From assembly GCA_951406725.2 (NCBI GenBank), contig OX597815.1, positions 111,972,001 through 112,036,000 on the forward strand: DNA of 64,000 bases, in the 5' to 3' direction. The stretch is from Octopus vulgaris (Eukaryota). Shown here piece after piece: positions 10,712 through 24,885 of the stretch (position 1 is its first letter; each line of letters begins with the position of its first letter). The notes beneath the pieces are model-generated. The model was not told where the DNA came from. It was given only the letters and a program-made list of their open reading frames with translations, and did not search any database. Position numbers and translations under genes: made by a program.

Positions 10712-11599
10712 TATAAGTGAGAGAGTTGGTGTGTGACAGCACGTTGTTGGACGTATAAAAAATAACAAAATATTTATATATACATTAAGCCTAACGCATC
10801 ATCAAGCGGGAGTATCGAAATAATTTTATATTTCAGAAGGTCATTAGATTTGATAAAACTGTATTTCCATAAGTGGACAAAGCAAAGTTGGTAGGGTTTT
10901 CTTTCTGACGTATTGTTTTAAAATATTCTACACCGCACTCACTTAATACGTACCCATCATTCTTCCGTAATTTAGTGATCGCTATGTCTCTCTCTCTTTC
11001 TGATACACTTTCCTCCCTCGCACTCACACATACACATATACACACAAAAACACAGACGGACATCGGCCGCGCAAACGAAGCACGAAAGTGTATTTGAAAC
11101 GTATTGGTAGAGCTCAAGAATATAGTCGAGATTCAGGAATATCTGAATTATGTATCCATTGCATTTTGAATCACTGTCGTTGGAAACGTTGCATTCCAAT
11201 ATGATTCCAAACTCTCAGTTGAGGAAGATCCGGCTCTAAGAGTGCCGGTAAAAAGTTAATACTTTCCAATATAATTACTTCGAGTGATTAAATATAAGAC
11301 ATACAATTATCTATTGGTAGAGCAGCACTTGGATGTTCAAGTCGAACTAGACCCTAAGATGTTTAACTGGTCCATCCACCGCCCAACGACACTGCTAGAT
11401 GGCAAGGACTTTCTTCTACAGATTCCGAGCTGCAAAATCATTGAGTTTACCTGGTTAATTTGTGTGTTTGTTACGCTTCGTACTCCTTGACATCGGCACG
11501 TTTATCGCTGTGTGTTTAGTGTTCCCCAATAATGATGATCATTATCATAATTTTGTTTATATTACGTTATATTTTTGTAAACGTCTGACACTGCGATGT

Positions 11600-12270
11600 T
11601 AAATGGTCCGGATATTTCAGAACAGTAAACAACAAGTTAACAAAGGTGCCGTGCAGCTCCTCTCGTATGTCTTACATAGTCAAGTCTTTCCCCCAAATCC
11701 TTGCTGTAATTTTGCATCAATTCTGAATTTATTTACACAATTCTCAAAATTATTCGATATCCATCCCAATGCTCCGATCACCATTTGAATCACAAAAACA
11801 TTCATCTTCCACAACAACTTTTTAACCTCATCATTTAGTGACTCATACTTCTTCCTTTCAGGCTGTTTATCTTTCACGCTACTATATCAATAATTTGGTC
11901 CTCTCTTTCTTTCTTATTGACAACTGCAATATCTGGCTTTTTTGCCTCAATCATTTTATAATATGAATGGTGAAATACCACACAAATTATAATTTGTCAT
12001 ACTCAAAAACAACTTCTAGGATCTATTGATACTATTTAGCCGCTCGGATTAAGACAAATTTCTCAGACATCATCAAGTGGATATACCCCGAAACATTTCC
12101 ACAATCGTCTTTTGTACTCTCGCAGTGCCAACTTAGCACAATCATTTACAAGATGGCTGCCCGTTTCTCCTTTTGCTCCACACAAAATGCATAACGGTGA
12201 TTCTTTCATTTTGTTAAGATAAAGTTTAATATAGCTTCTTCGGAGAGTGTCCTCCTGGGCACTGCACACC
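11600..12270 (-). mobile_element. R4/Dong-like RLE LINE 3' relic
   Basis: AQEDTLRR..SPLCILCGAKGETGSHLVNDC (CCHC knuckle), KKPDIAVV, VIGALG; stops and frameshifts. Confidence 0.8.
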
Positions 12271-12275
12271 AGGTT

Positions 12276-12613
12276 TTGTGAGTGGATTTGGTGGATGGAA
12301 ATTGAAAGAAGCCCGTAGACTATTTATATTGGTGTGTGTGTGTGTGTGTCTGTCTGTGTGAGTGTGTGTCAGTGTGTGTATGTGTGTACATTCTGTGTGA
12401 ATGTGTGCGTATGTGTCTTGCTGTTTGTGTTTGTGACCCGTCACGGCTTGAGAACCGGTGTGGGTTTATTTACGTTCCCGTAACATAGACGTTCGGCAAA
12501 AAGACACTGTTAGAATAAACACCAGGATTTCAAAATTTACTGGGACCGGTTCTTTAAGGCGGTGCCCCAACATGCCCACAATCTAATGACTGAAACAGAC
12601 AACAGATAAAAGA
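12276..12613 (+). mobile_element. SINE family A
   Basis: ttgtgagtggatttgg..ggaaa.tgaaagaagcccgt, (TG)n, cgttcggcaaaa, aaggcggtgcccca.catg, gactgaaaca tail. Confidence 0.8.
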
Positions 12614-12759
12614 TACTAGGATCAACGTAATCGAATAATCCCTTAAGCTGAAAAATTGCCCCTGTGACAAAATGTGGAAGTATTATTAGTTCCCACAATT
12701 GTCATATATGTTAGAATATTGTAGTATCCTTCCTGTTATATCAGCTTAAATTCTATGGA

Positions 12760-12850
12760 GGTAGGCTTTGCCTTTCATCCTCTCGGGGTCGCTAAACAGT
12801 GCCAGTTGAGAATTGTCTGCTCTTCTAAACCTCGCCTGCCTTTTATCAAA
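12760..12850 (+). mobile_element. SINE family B fragment
   Basis: Core ctttgcctttcatcctctcggggtcg.taaa, also seen in reverse at ~28440-28480 and ~30750-30800. Confidence 0.55.
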
Positions 12851-12899
12851 ATGTGAAATTGTCAAAATTACCTTCATTCTAGTCATCATCATATTCATC

Positions 12900-12967
<68 letters not shown>

Positions 12968-15204
12968 GTACCATGAACTTGGCAAAAATAAAATAGAAAT
13001 CACTGCAGCACCAACGGCAGAAGAAGTGGAAGAATTCTGGAGAGAAATATGGTCAGCGAACGAACAACCAAAAAAAAAAAGAGTATTAAAACAACAAACT
13101 CAGCATCTGAGCAACTTTGGACCCCCATAAAAACTGAAGAGGTCACCCAGGCACTGACAAGACTAAACAACTGAAAGGCACCTGCGTATGACATGATCCC
13201 CAACTTCTGGTTGAAATATCTAACAGGAATGCACAAAAAGCTGGCTGAAAACTTTAACAACATACTAGCAGAGCCAGAGACAATGCCTGAATGGAGAAAA
13301 CCATCTTAATTCCCAAATCAAATGAGACAGCAAAACCAGAAAACTACAGACCAATAACCCGTTTCCCTACAATGTACAAGGCATTTACTGCAGTGATATC
13401 GCAAATGTTGAAAAAGCACCTGGACGAAAACAACCTGTTTCCAGAAGAGCAGAAATGATGTTACGGCAAAACGATCAGTCACCTTTTATATATGGATGAC
13501 ATAAAACTATACGCTGCAAATGACAAACAGCTGGAAACACTATTAAAGACAGTTCATGGATTTACCAAAGAAATAGATATGAAATTTGGATTAGAAAAGT
13601 GCGCCAAAGTAACCATGAAGAGAGGAAAACCATTTAAGAGTAGCAACATCGCGCTAGATAAGGCCAATGAAATAAGAGAATTAGATCAAAGCCAACCTTA
13701 CAAATATTTAGGAATCCCTGAACTAGATCAGACACAACACACACAAATGAAAGAGAAAATAAAAAAAGAATATTATAGACGAGTTAGATCAATACTAAAA
13801 ACAGAGCTTAATGCTAAAAACAAGATAATAGGTATTAACACTTTAGCTGTCCCAGTTATATGTTACAGCTACAATATCCTTAACTAGACACTAAATGAAC
13901 TAATCAAAATAGATAGGAAAAGAAAAATAATGACAGGATCTAGGATGCAGCACCCAAAATCTGACATAGAAAGACTATATATACAACGTATAGAAGGTTG
14001 TAGAGGCCTTATACAGCTGGAAAACTACTATAAAATAACCACCATAGGACAGCAAAAATATCTACTTTAGAAGGAAGGAAAACTGTTACAAATAGCGGCA
14101 AAACACGAGCAAAACAAAAAACTGTTCTCATTATTTAAGGAAGCTGACAAATACAAACAAAAAATCATACCACCTAATAAATATGAAGAAGAAGAAGAAG
14201 AAGAAGAAGAAGAAGAAGAAGAAGAAGAAGAAGAAGAAGAAGAAGAAGAAGAAGAAGAAGAAGAAAAAGAAACAACAAAAGCTATAAAAAAAATGAAATC
14301 CGAACTAAAACTAGAACAGCAACGGACCATGATAAAACGATGGCAAGAAAAGCCCCTTCATGGTAAATACTGGACTAAACTAAACGCAAAAGAAATAGAC
14401 AAAGAAAAATCCGAGCAATGGTTGAGGAGCTCAGGACTCAAAGCAGAGACAGAGGGATTTTTAATTGCAGCACAACACCAAAGCCTCCCCACCAGAAATT
14501 ACCAAAAACATGTAATGAAACTAAGTATAACAAGTAACTGCAGAATATGTGGAGATGGAAAAGAAACAATAAATCATATTATCTCTGGCTGCCCAGTCCT
14601 GGCTAAGAAGGAATATATTCACAGACATGACAGAGTTGGAACCTACATACACTGGAAGCTATGTCAACATCATGGAATAACAACAGAAAACAGATGGTAT
14701 AGGCACACACCAGAAAAGGTTGCAGAAAACGAGAAAGCAACCATACTCTGGGATATGCCGATACACACAGATAGGGAAATTAAGTCCAACAGACCAGATA
14801 TAGATGTCAGAGATCATGAAGAAAAAAATGCTTTCTAATTGATGTATCAATACCGGCAGATGACAACGTATCTCTAAAAGAAATGGAGAAACTTTCAAAA
14901 TACAAAGACTTGGAAATTGAGGTAACCACTATGTGGAATCTAAAAACAGAAACAATTCCTATCATAGTAGGTGCATTAGGCATGATAAAAAAATATTCAG
15001 ACAAATATATAACAAAAACACCAGGACTTACAAACACATATAACATACAGAAAATTGCACTACTAGGCACTGCACACATCCTACGCAAAACACTTTCAAT
15101 AAAGTAACCATCAGAGCATCACAACAAAACACAGCGCATACCCAAGGCATACAGAGCTGCGCTCGGTAGTGAAGTGAACGCACGATAAAAAAAACTACTG
15201 GATA
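12968..15204 (+). mobile_element. R4/Dong-like RLE LINE, 5'-truncated and internally deleted, inserted in (AAT)n
   Basis: EEFWREIWS; NYRPIT; HLLYMDDIKLY; FGLEKC; YKYLGI; AETEGFLIAAQ; CRICG..ETINHIISGC; RHD; NRPDI; IVGALG; LLGTAHILRK; (AAT)n on both flanks; central RT motifs lost at ~13465. Confidence 0.92.
14185..14265 (+). repeat. (GAA)27 in frame within the LINE ORF
   Basis: Same frame as ORF 14293..14838. Confidence 0.9.
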
Positions 15205-15269
<65 letters not shown>

Positions 15270-15289
15270 CAACAACAACAACAACAATC

Positions 15290-15345
<56 letters not shown>

Positions 15346-15363
15346 TATAATAATAATAATAAT

Positions 15364-15794
15364 GCAGTGCCAGGCAGTGGCTCTCATGGCTTCTGATCTT
15401 AACTGATTAGAAGTGTTATCGTGTACATTGGTTGTCTTGGTATAAAAGTAGGGCTACAGTAAATAGTCTGCTCAATACCAAAGATTTGCTTGTCAGTTAT
15501 TTGACCTTAACCAGTTGAGCATGTCCCTTAGTAGCTAACGATATGTGCATTTCTTATCAAGAGTAGAAATAGTGGGGGAGCATCATAGCCTTGTGTTGAA
15601 AGGGATTCTTTGGGGTTCGAATAATTCACCTCTGGAATCCTGGGTATTTCATTCAACGTCCTTAAACAACCCTTATTCAGGGACCCTTTAAGCAGGATGG
15701 ATTACCCGACTAGAAGAGTAGTCATGTTGGGTATACTGGGCTTTGTATATTTTACCCCAGTGTCACTTTGATGGCATGCACTGCTCTCTCACTC
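15364..15794 (+). mobile_element. Non-coding (AAT)n-associated retroposon (family C)
   Basis: (AAT)n on both sides; 3' end ccagtgtcactttgatggcatgcactgctctctcact-(AAT)n shared with 18029-18254 (+) and 17108-17232 (-). Confidence 0.75.
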
Positions 15795-15842
<48 letters not shown>

Positions 15843-15857
15843 TATAATAATAATAAC

Positions 15858-15890
<33 letters not shown>

Positions 15891-15895
15891 TTGTT

Positions 15896-15926
<31 letters not shown>

Positions 15927-15961
15927 TCGTCGTCGTTGTTATTGTTGTTGTTGTTATTGTT

Positions 15962-16900
15962 TTAGTTTTCAGGACGTTCAGTCTTGTTTGTTCTGGTATA
16001 TTCTGTGAGAGCGTCTCACAGGGTATGTTTCCGTACATTATAAGCTTTGATATTCGGTTGTTATTTATCGTGGGAGACATTCAACATCAAAATATAAATC
16101 TCAAGATCCTAACTGTCCCCACGTGAGCGGTTTCGTGGGCTTCCTCTGCTTTCATGTGAATTGCGATTCCTTTGACATACTTCCCGAACTTGCTTGTTAT
16201 TGCTCCAAGTGCCCCTACAACTACTGGAATGGCAGACACTCACCTCATGGTCCACATTCTTGCAATTTTGTCTTTTAGTACTCTGTACTTTTCAATATTT
16301 TCTAGTTCTTTGTCACTTATGCGTACATCTCCAAGTTTTGCAATATCTATGATCTTGGCTTCTTTTTTTTTCCTTTATCTACTACGTTATCAAGTCTCCG
16401 AGCCTCGATTACGAAGTCACATTTGATTGTAAAGTCCCGCAGTATCTTACGTTCCATGTTCTTGATGATTCCTTCTGGTTCATGTTCGTATCATTTCCTT
16501 GCTCTATTCACATAGCCTCGAGTACACGAACTTACCCACGTTATCGAGCTTCCTTTTCTAGTGCTTTTGGACCAGATTACTACACTCACAATATGTGAGA
16601 TTGTTTCGTTTCTACTGCCACACAACCTACAAAGGAGCGATTCACTACTCTTATCTATTTGGAACTTGGTGTAATTAAATCCCAGAGCTTGTTCTTGAGC
16701 GCTGCATATCAATGCCTCAGTGCAACCTTTCAGATCACTTTTTCTTAGCAACGTCTAAGTGTTGATATTGTCTTTTGCTTCGATTGATCTGAGGTATTAC
16801 CTATGCAGTGCTTTCATTTTCCGGTAGTTTACAGTTTCTTCTTCATCTTGTTTCGTAAATGTTTGTGGGTGCATCGCATTTTCGGTAGGTATAATGTTAA
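15962..16900 (-). mobile_element. R4/Dong-like RLE LINE 3' relic
   Basis: DLKGCTEALICSAQEQAL..LCRLCGSRNETISHIVS; VVGALG; 3' end runs into AAC/AAT repeats. Confidence 0.8.
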
Positions 16901-17107
16901 TTATATTACTAATTCTATAAGAAATACTTGGACTAAAACGTCTATCTCGGTTCGTTCAAAAAGGCACACTATCCAATAACATAAAGCAAAATTATACCAA
17001 AAAGGAAATAACAACATCATTTCTTTGTGATTAAAACTGTATCACAACAGCATGAAATAAAATTTACCACCACCATCATCATCACCCACATCATCATTAT
17101 TATCATT

Positions 17108-17232
17108 CAGTGAGAGAACAGCGCATGCTAATGACGTGACACTGGGTACAATTATACGAAACCAATATACCCACCATGATCACCTGTCTGATAAGGGTTG
17201 CCTGTCTGATAAGGCACATGCATCACAATTAT
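17108..17232 (-). mobile_element. Family C retroposon 3' end
   Basis: Reverse complement of cagtgagagaacagcgcatgc..gtgacactggg matches the 15750-15794 terminus. Confidence 0.7.
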
Positions 17233-17258
17233 TATTACGGGCCAAGATCAGCATCAAA

Positions 17259-17420
<162 letters not shown>

Positions 17421-17422
17421 TT

Positions 17423-17902
17423 ACACAGCTTCTAACGCTGAAGATGTACTACAGTGTCAGCTGTTCACCACCAGAGAACTAAGGTAATACCTCTTATTTG
17501 TCGAGGACCTTCCGGAGTATTCGAGCGGTTCTAAACAGTGCTGTTTTCTGCAAGTGCTCCACTCTTATTGCAGACCCTATTTGTTCCACTTACTTCTCAA
17601 GATTTTTGCTCACTATTCCCAGGGCTCCGAAAATTATTGCTACTACTGCTACTTATTTCATCGACCGCAACTGCTTAACTTCCCAAGCTAACCTGTCAAA
17701 ACTCTCGACTTTTCTTTCTTCCTTATCACATACTTTTGTTGTCCGCTGGGTAGCCTATATCTATGATCCAGCATCGTTTTCTTTCTTTCTCAATTAAGAC
17801 TATGTCCGGCTTGCTATTGTCAATCTCATGGTCTTACTGAATCATAAACTCCCATAGGATTTTTTAATTTCTATTTCCGACAATGCCATCAGGTTTGTGG
17901 TC

Positions 17903-17903
<1 letters not shown>
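17423..17903 (-). mobile_element. R4/Dong-like RLE LINE 3' end, (TAA)n-flanked
   Basis: LWEFMIQ..KPDIVL..WIIDI..IIFGALG..LQKTALFRTARILRKVL. Confidence 0.8.
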
Positions 17904-17974
<71 letters not shown>

Positions 17975-18028
17975 GTTATTATTATTATCATTATTAATAT
18001 TATTATCATTATTATTATTATTATTATT

Positions 18029-18254
18029 GACCTTTTGTGTGGAATGGGCTACTCAGCCTGAAGAAACATCTTACTGGACCCTACATGCAAGGTCTTGTTG
18101 TTTGCCTTGATATAAGTTCACCATGTCACGTACATATTGTTGTAATGCATGTGTCTGGTGTACCCTAATCACACGGGTAGTCATAAAGGGTATACTGGGC
18201 TTCCTATAACTGAGTTCCAGTGTCACTTTGATAGCATGCGCTGCTCTCTCACTG
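18029..18254 (+). mobile_element. Family C retroposon 3' part
   Basis: gggtatactgggctt...ccagtgtcactttgatagcatgcgctgctctctcactg-aataat. Confidence 0.75.
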
Positions 18255-18261
18255 AATAATA

Positions 18262-18443
<182 letters not shown>

Positions 18444-19013
18444 AAAGGTTTTTATTTCATGCTTTCGTGATAAATTTTAGTCACTAAGAAACCATGTTGT
18501 TATTTGCTATGTGGCATAATTTTGCTTTTCTGTTATTGTATAGTAGACTTGTTTATTGAACCAAGATTCACATTTATATTTCTAAGTATTTCTTATAGAA
18601 TGGGGGTGGCGTCATGATTAAAAGCGTAAAACATATATACTGTAAAAACTCACGAGGAATTCAAGAAGACTTGTAGACTTTCTCAATGAAATTTCTATCG
18701 TGTAATTACTATAATTGATCATTATAAAAGTGCTATAAGAAAAAAACAATTCATGTCATAAACTGAGAAAAAAATATATACCAATAAAGTTTTCTTTCAT
18801 AAACGGGAAAAAAATATTCTCTTCTATTTCCTTTCAGGCTAATTTTCATCTTAGTTGAAAGTAGTGATATGATCACTTCCTTCCTTAATAGTTCACGATA
18901 GTAACATACACATATACACACATGCATGCATACATGCCTACATCCATATATGCATGCATACATTCATATTATACACACACACACACACACACACACATAA
19001 ACACACACACAGG

Positions 19014-19053
<40 letters not shown>

Positions 19054-19111
19054 CATAAGTATACATATGTATGAAGATTCTGATACATGTGTATATGTTT
19101 ATGGAGATACA

Positions 19112-19190
<79 letters not shown>

Positions 19191-20394
19191 GTATGTATAT
19201 ATGTATATACATATAAGTAAATTTGTATACATGCATACACACGGACACACATAGACGAACAAGCAAACACGTGTGTGTCTTAAACAATTGAATTGATTGC
19301 AATTGACATTTTTGTAAAGCTGCGAAATAATACGTTAGGAACTTATTACAAATGCCTAGCAGGGTAGGAGCTGTAGCCAACTCAATCTTATTTTCTATCA
19401 AGATTGGATATGAAGTAACAATTGACCGAAAGAAGCTACGAGCGTCAGAAATATGATGAAATCAGTTTTAGACGTTTTCTTAAATATCGTATGGATCGAT
19501 AATGTCTGATATATCCCTTCCGGTTGTAGCGTAGTGATAGAATGTGCGCATTTATGACAAGTGTCAAATATGATAAATTGTTTTTTTTTCCTTAGCTTTA
19601 AGTCGACCGATAATTGAGCAACGGTATTGTCAAAGATAATCTAACGGTGACCGTCCAATACGTTCTTTCTAAAGTTGGTGTTTTGTCCGTAATGGTTATG
19701 TTTCTTTATCTACGCATGCCTTAATTTTCTAAAACTTTTATTTGCAAGATAATTTGACAGTGTATAAAAGAGAGTTAAGTTAAGTTAAATTTGAAAGCGA
19801 GTGTTTTTTGGGGAAATAGAAAAATCTACGGAGAATAACAGTACTTTCTCAGTACTTCCTCTACAATTCAGAGGAGAGAAATAACTCGACAACATTACAT
19901 ATGCCTTTACAATATTGTCCGATGCAAGTAATCACATATGATTTTTCCACTGATTATATACAAATTTTTACAGACGCCTCTATCATTTTATATGTTCCTT
20001 AATTTCAATAAATGTGCTGCACTTCGAAAACGTAGAAAGACTTCATTTATGTTATCACCATGTGCCATTTTAGTCCTCTATTCACACTACGTTTTGCTGA
20101 ATGTGTGTTTACCTAAATGAACAGCCGATTAAGCACATATGTGCAAATTAAGCTCTCCGCACGTCAGTTACGTAAAAACTTAGGGTCGGGTTTCCAGCGC
20201 ACTTTTCACCAAACATTGAAAGCATGAAAGTAATGTATGTTATATTCCAAGAACTTCCTAAAATAGTTTTTAAATTCTAATACTTAAATATATCCTAGAC
20301 CTTTTGATTGACCATGTATTGTGCCCTATATGCGTGTCTGTGTGTATATGAGTACACACAGACACACACAAATATCTCTCTCCCCCTCTCTCTT

Positions 20395-20436
<42 letters not shown>

Positions 20437-20440
20437 TATG

Positions 20441-20472
<32 letters not shown>

Positions 20473-20486
20473 AATATATGCATACA

Positions 20487-20522
<36 letters not shown>

Positions 20523-20528
20523 TATTTA

Positions 20529-20561
<33 letters not shown>

Positions 20562-22029
20562 CCATGAACATATCTGTTAGCGATACAGCATGCATAATTG
20601 GAAACATATCGGGTGAAAATATTTTTTATTTCATTTACACAATAGTCAGTAATATGCTTACATGATATTAATACTCAATTTACGTATGTTTACAAACACA
20701 GAGAAACTTGGTTTCTTTATCTCGTATGTTGAACATTGTCCAAAAAAAGTTTTTGTAGATATTATTAATGAGACAGCAAAGTTAATTTCCATGTATGTTT
20801 ACGTTAGATATATTCTTTTGAGATGACATCAATGTTAACAAAAGAATTGTGTTTTTCTTTTCTTTCGTAAGTTAGTAAGTTCTGTACACATCCCACTTAT
20901 AACGAAAAGAAAATGCTGAAGAGCAGACAATAACGTTCATTCCTATGACTGACGTCACAATTTTTGAGCTGCTTTCAAGGATTGTGAGCGTATTCATCAT
21001 GAATAGTATCTCGTTTTTAGTAAACGTCCGAAAATATAGCAGGCAGCGTTGACTTACTGAACTATAGTGACATTCAAAATTTTAAATTAGTTGTATATAT
21101 ATTCATCTTTAAGTCATCTAAGTCTTAGAGATAGATTTCAAAAGACATTTAACTTTTTTTCTACGTTTCATAGATACTCGCCAAAGTATTGTGTTATCCA
21201 TTGATCTCAGAAGTCTCTTCTGGTGTTACCAAGCTATTCGGTTTTGATTTTATCTGATCACATATCATTATCCTATCATCATTGGTGCATTACATATATT
21301 TCACTTCACATTTCAATATTTTCTGTTGATGCTTTGATATCGGATCTGTGTTATATAGAACTGATCACGATCAAAGAACTAGATTTAAAATTTGACGTTC
21401 AAGTCAACATTAACATCAATTGTATTATGCGGCACAAACACCAAGTATTACTTTTCTTTCCTTGTTATTATTCACAATAAACGTCAGTGATTTGGACATT
21501 GATATTTTCCCGACCTTTTTATTAATAAATTATTCTTTTTAAAAATGTTTAAGCATGTCTCATAATGCAAGTGTTGTTCGTTAAACTGCAAATTTGATTG
21601 TTCTAATTTTCTCCCCGTTCTAATTGATTTTCTGCTTTTGCAAGTTCAAAAATTCAGAACTTTCGATTTTCTCACTAGTTATGTTTTCATGTCTTGTTCC
21701 ACGAATCACTTGATTTATAGGAATTATCGAATAATTCATTCTGAATATTATTATGTTTTTTTTATTATTTACAACACAACTGAAATTGCTGAAAGTGCCC
21801 AAGAGATTTAAGTGGTATCTATATTTAGTTTTAATAAAACATTGCTGATATGTGTGAGAACTGTGAGAAGTAAGATCCATAGACAGACGGATAAACTGGC
21901 TGGCTGCATTTCATCATGTTCTTACACATTTCAAAACGTCTTGCCAATATTTATAGAGATAAATATAATAGTATCAATCACTGTTGTTCGTTCATATATC
22001 GGGGGTCAAAGTAAGTATCTATTCGTTAA

Positions 22030-22222
22030 ATTAACATGTTAGTGCGTGAGTGTTCTACCAACACTTACACAATTTGTATCTACCTATTGAAATATGGCAT
22101 ATGTGATCGCGCTAAGAGTACAGCTAAAATATACTTACCCAAAATTCCAAGTACTAAGCTCGAACTCGGTATCTCATGAGTATGCAATAAAATCTTAAGC
22201 CACTCGGCTATGGTCACATTCT
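22030..22222 (-). mobile_element. Decayed tRNA-derived SINE head
   Basis: Minus strand has tagccgagtggcttaag (A-box-like) and gagttcgagc (B-box-like). Confidence 0.45.
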
Positions 22223-23189
22223 ACCATGAAAATACAGGTGTTTAGTTACAGCTACCCTCACCCAAAATAACCAACCTTCACCATCGTTGCCTAATCATAT
22301 TTTCTATAGATTATGTGTACAGCTTAAGATAAAGTCCAATTTACGAGATGTTATCATTACAACGTCCGGTACATGAGCACGTGTCAAAAGTTTAGGTCAT
22401 TTCAAATAAAACCCATTACCTGAAGTAATGGTGGTGTCTGGACAGGTTTCCTGTGATTACTCAACCTAAAACTGAAAGCCAAATCTCCCACATAAAAGAA
22501 GCACTATCTAAAGCAGAAAACAATTGAACGTCTAGAGTGATACATTTCGAAATACATGATATATTAATTGATATAAAATATTAATTGCCGGAAGATTGGT
22601 GATCACCTGCTTGCTGGATGATGACTGACACAGGGCTAAGGTTCACAGGCGTCACCTACTAGTCTTGTCAACGCGAGCATAGTTTTAAAGCTATGTTCAT
22701 ATCTCAGTTTAACTAAAATTAATCATGCATATGTCAATATTACTTACAATTTAAAACATTTATATGATGTGAACTAATAAACAGCATATGATGATAGAAA
22801 TGTCCTTTATACAATTAAATGTTAAGAAACAAAATATTTTTGTGGCCTTTGACACCATACGTCTCAAACTTGCGGAATTTATCTGCAGATATGCCCACGC
22901 TTTGCTTAATTTAGTGTGACTGTCAATGCAAACTATATAAGACATGTCTTGTTGAACTCTTATAAAAATTGGTATTTTGAATGTGCCCTTAATGCTTTGA
23001 TTGTGAGGCCACATGGGTCAAAGTCACTTTTTCTTGAGCATAGTCAAAAACTGTAAAAAGAACCTCATGGTTTGCTCTTTATGGAACTTTGCCATCATAA
23101 GCCTGAATTTGCTTACTATTCTGAAAATGCTTTTCCAGTTGATAACGGACTTGAACATGTTTTGTATTTCAGAAATATGGTCAGTTGTG

Positions 23190-24141
23190 AGAGAAGAGTA
23201 TGTAAAAACAGTCCCGATATCGTCTGCTTCTTTCTGGATTAAGCAGTGGAACAAAATCACAGATTTTGTGAAGAAAGCTTACCCTACCTTCTTACTTACT
23301 TTAGCATGAGACTAGGTGACAAGACAAATCTTGGTCATCCCATATAGTGTGTTGAAACACTGAGACAGTGACTGCTTCAAATACTTAAACAGAAAGTTTC
23401 CAGCTTTGCCTTGTGAGAAAAATAAGGTTGTAGTGATGGTGACACATTAGGTGACTATCGCAGGGCGAGATATTTTAGGAGATCATGTCTGGCACTGAAA
23501 AAGAAGCATCGAATGCTTTTGTTGCAGTTGTATCTGATTTCCTGAGAAACAGGAAGACATCAAATTACGGAGATCTTGTGCATATCTTCTTAAGCGGTAT
23601 GCAAGCACTGGATTGCAACATGAGTGTAAATGAACATTTCCCGCACAGTCATCTGGACTACTTCCTTGAAAATCATAAGGCAATAGTGATGAACACTAAG
23701 ACATCGAGAACATGGGGACTGGGTATGAAGGCAGATAGAACACCAGCATGGTGCTGTCTACTGCTGATCACTGCAATGGGGACTGTCATGATGCAATTTA
23801 TTCACATAAAGCAACAAAGAGAAAGTCCATTCCTTGGGTAGTTCAAACTCCAGTTTGACAGAAACATCTATTCCAAGATGTATAATTAAACATTTTATGA
23901 AATATATCTGTTAAACAATAAAATGTATTATTTGGTTTGTGCTAGTTTCTTATTTCAGTCTTGTTCTTAATGACAAAAATTTACATATTTTGGTTAAAAA
24001 TAAACGAATTCCTGTTTAACAAAAAACTTGACGTGATAGAAAATTTCTGGGAGCATTTCTGAACCTAACATCATCAAACTAGGTAGGAGTAATTGTAAAA
24101 GGCTAGACAGCTAAAAGATTCTTATGAAATGTTACCCAGTG
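23190..24141 (+). mobile_element. Chapaev3-like (CMC) DNA transposon relic with right terminus
   Basis: CKNSPD..C; DFVKKAY..YF..LGD.DKSW..HIVC; DCNMSVNEHFPHSHLDYF; subterminal cttgacgtgatag; ends aatgttacccagtg (CACTG-type TIR). Family assignment is from remembered motifs. Confidence 0.7.
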
Positions 24142-24156
24142 TTCATTTGTTCATCG

Positions 24157-24243
24157 GCGGAATTTGAACTCAGAACATAAAGACAGACGAAATACAGCTA
24201 AGAATTTCGCCCGGAGTGCTAACGTTTCTGCCAGCTCGTCAGC
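24157..24243 (-). mobile_element. SINE family B tRNA-like head
   Basis: Minus strand gagctggcagaaacgttagcactccgggcgaaat...gttctgagttcaaattccgccg. Confidence 0.7.
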
Positions 24244-24647
24244 TTGAAAAAAAATATAAGAATATATAGCGAAAAGTTTTTTCACATCAAGCGAAAAGTT
24301 TTTTCACAAATGGACACTGAAGCTTTTCTGATAGTTTGGGTTGTATTTCTAAGTATGTCAGTAGATATCGACAACATCATAGCAATTTCATTGTGTATAA
24401 GGAAATATATTATTATTAACTGTTGAACATAGAAAAGCTTGTCCAGAACATTCCGCATCATACTGTGTGGGGAAACTTTTGAACATACAGAAAAGAACAT
24501 ACACATATAGTACAATAAGAAACAGAAAGTCCTTGTAACAGTATTGTATATTTGAAAAAAAAAATGAATAGAAATGGCTTTTCTCATAATCTTTGATTAA
24601 TATAATCGAAAAATTATCAGAAAAGCCATTGCTATTCATGTTTTCCT

Positions 24648-24759
<112 letters not shown>

Positions 24760-24796
24760 TATGTATATGTATATATGTATGTATATATATATATAT

Positions 24797-24885
24797 TAGG
24801 GTAATAAGAATTATAGAAGTTAATATTACCAGTGGCCTAGCAAATAAAATTAGTCAATAGACTATATATTATTCATATAAATGTG
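24797..24885 (-). mobile_element. 3' tail of the 1621-2022 family, abutting (TA)n
   Basis: Reverse complement tatatgaataatatatagtctattgactaatttt...ctaggccactggtaata..ttattacc aligns with 1937-2015. Confidence 0.6.

Noticed and set aside
11219-11262. ttgaggaagat-ccggc..gccgg-taaaaag hammerhead-like hairpin
   Set aside because: Stem present, but GAAA is replaced by AAAA and there is no credible stem I or III.
20926-20960. CTGAAGAG core-like heptamer
   Set aside because: No stem II and no downstream GAAA.
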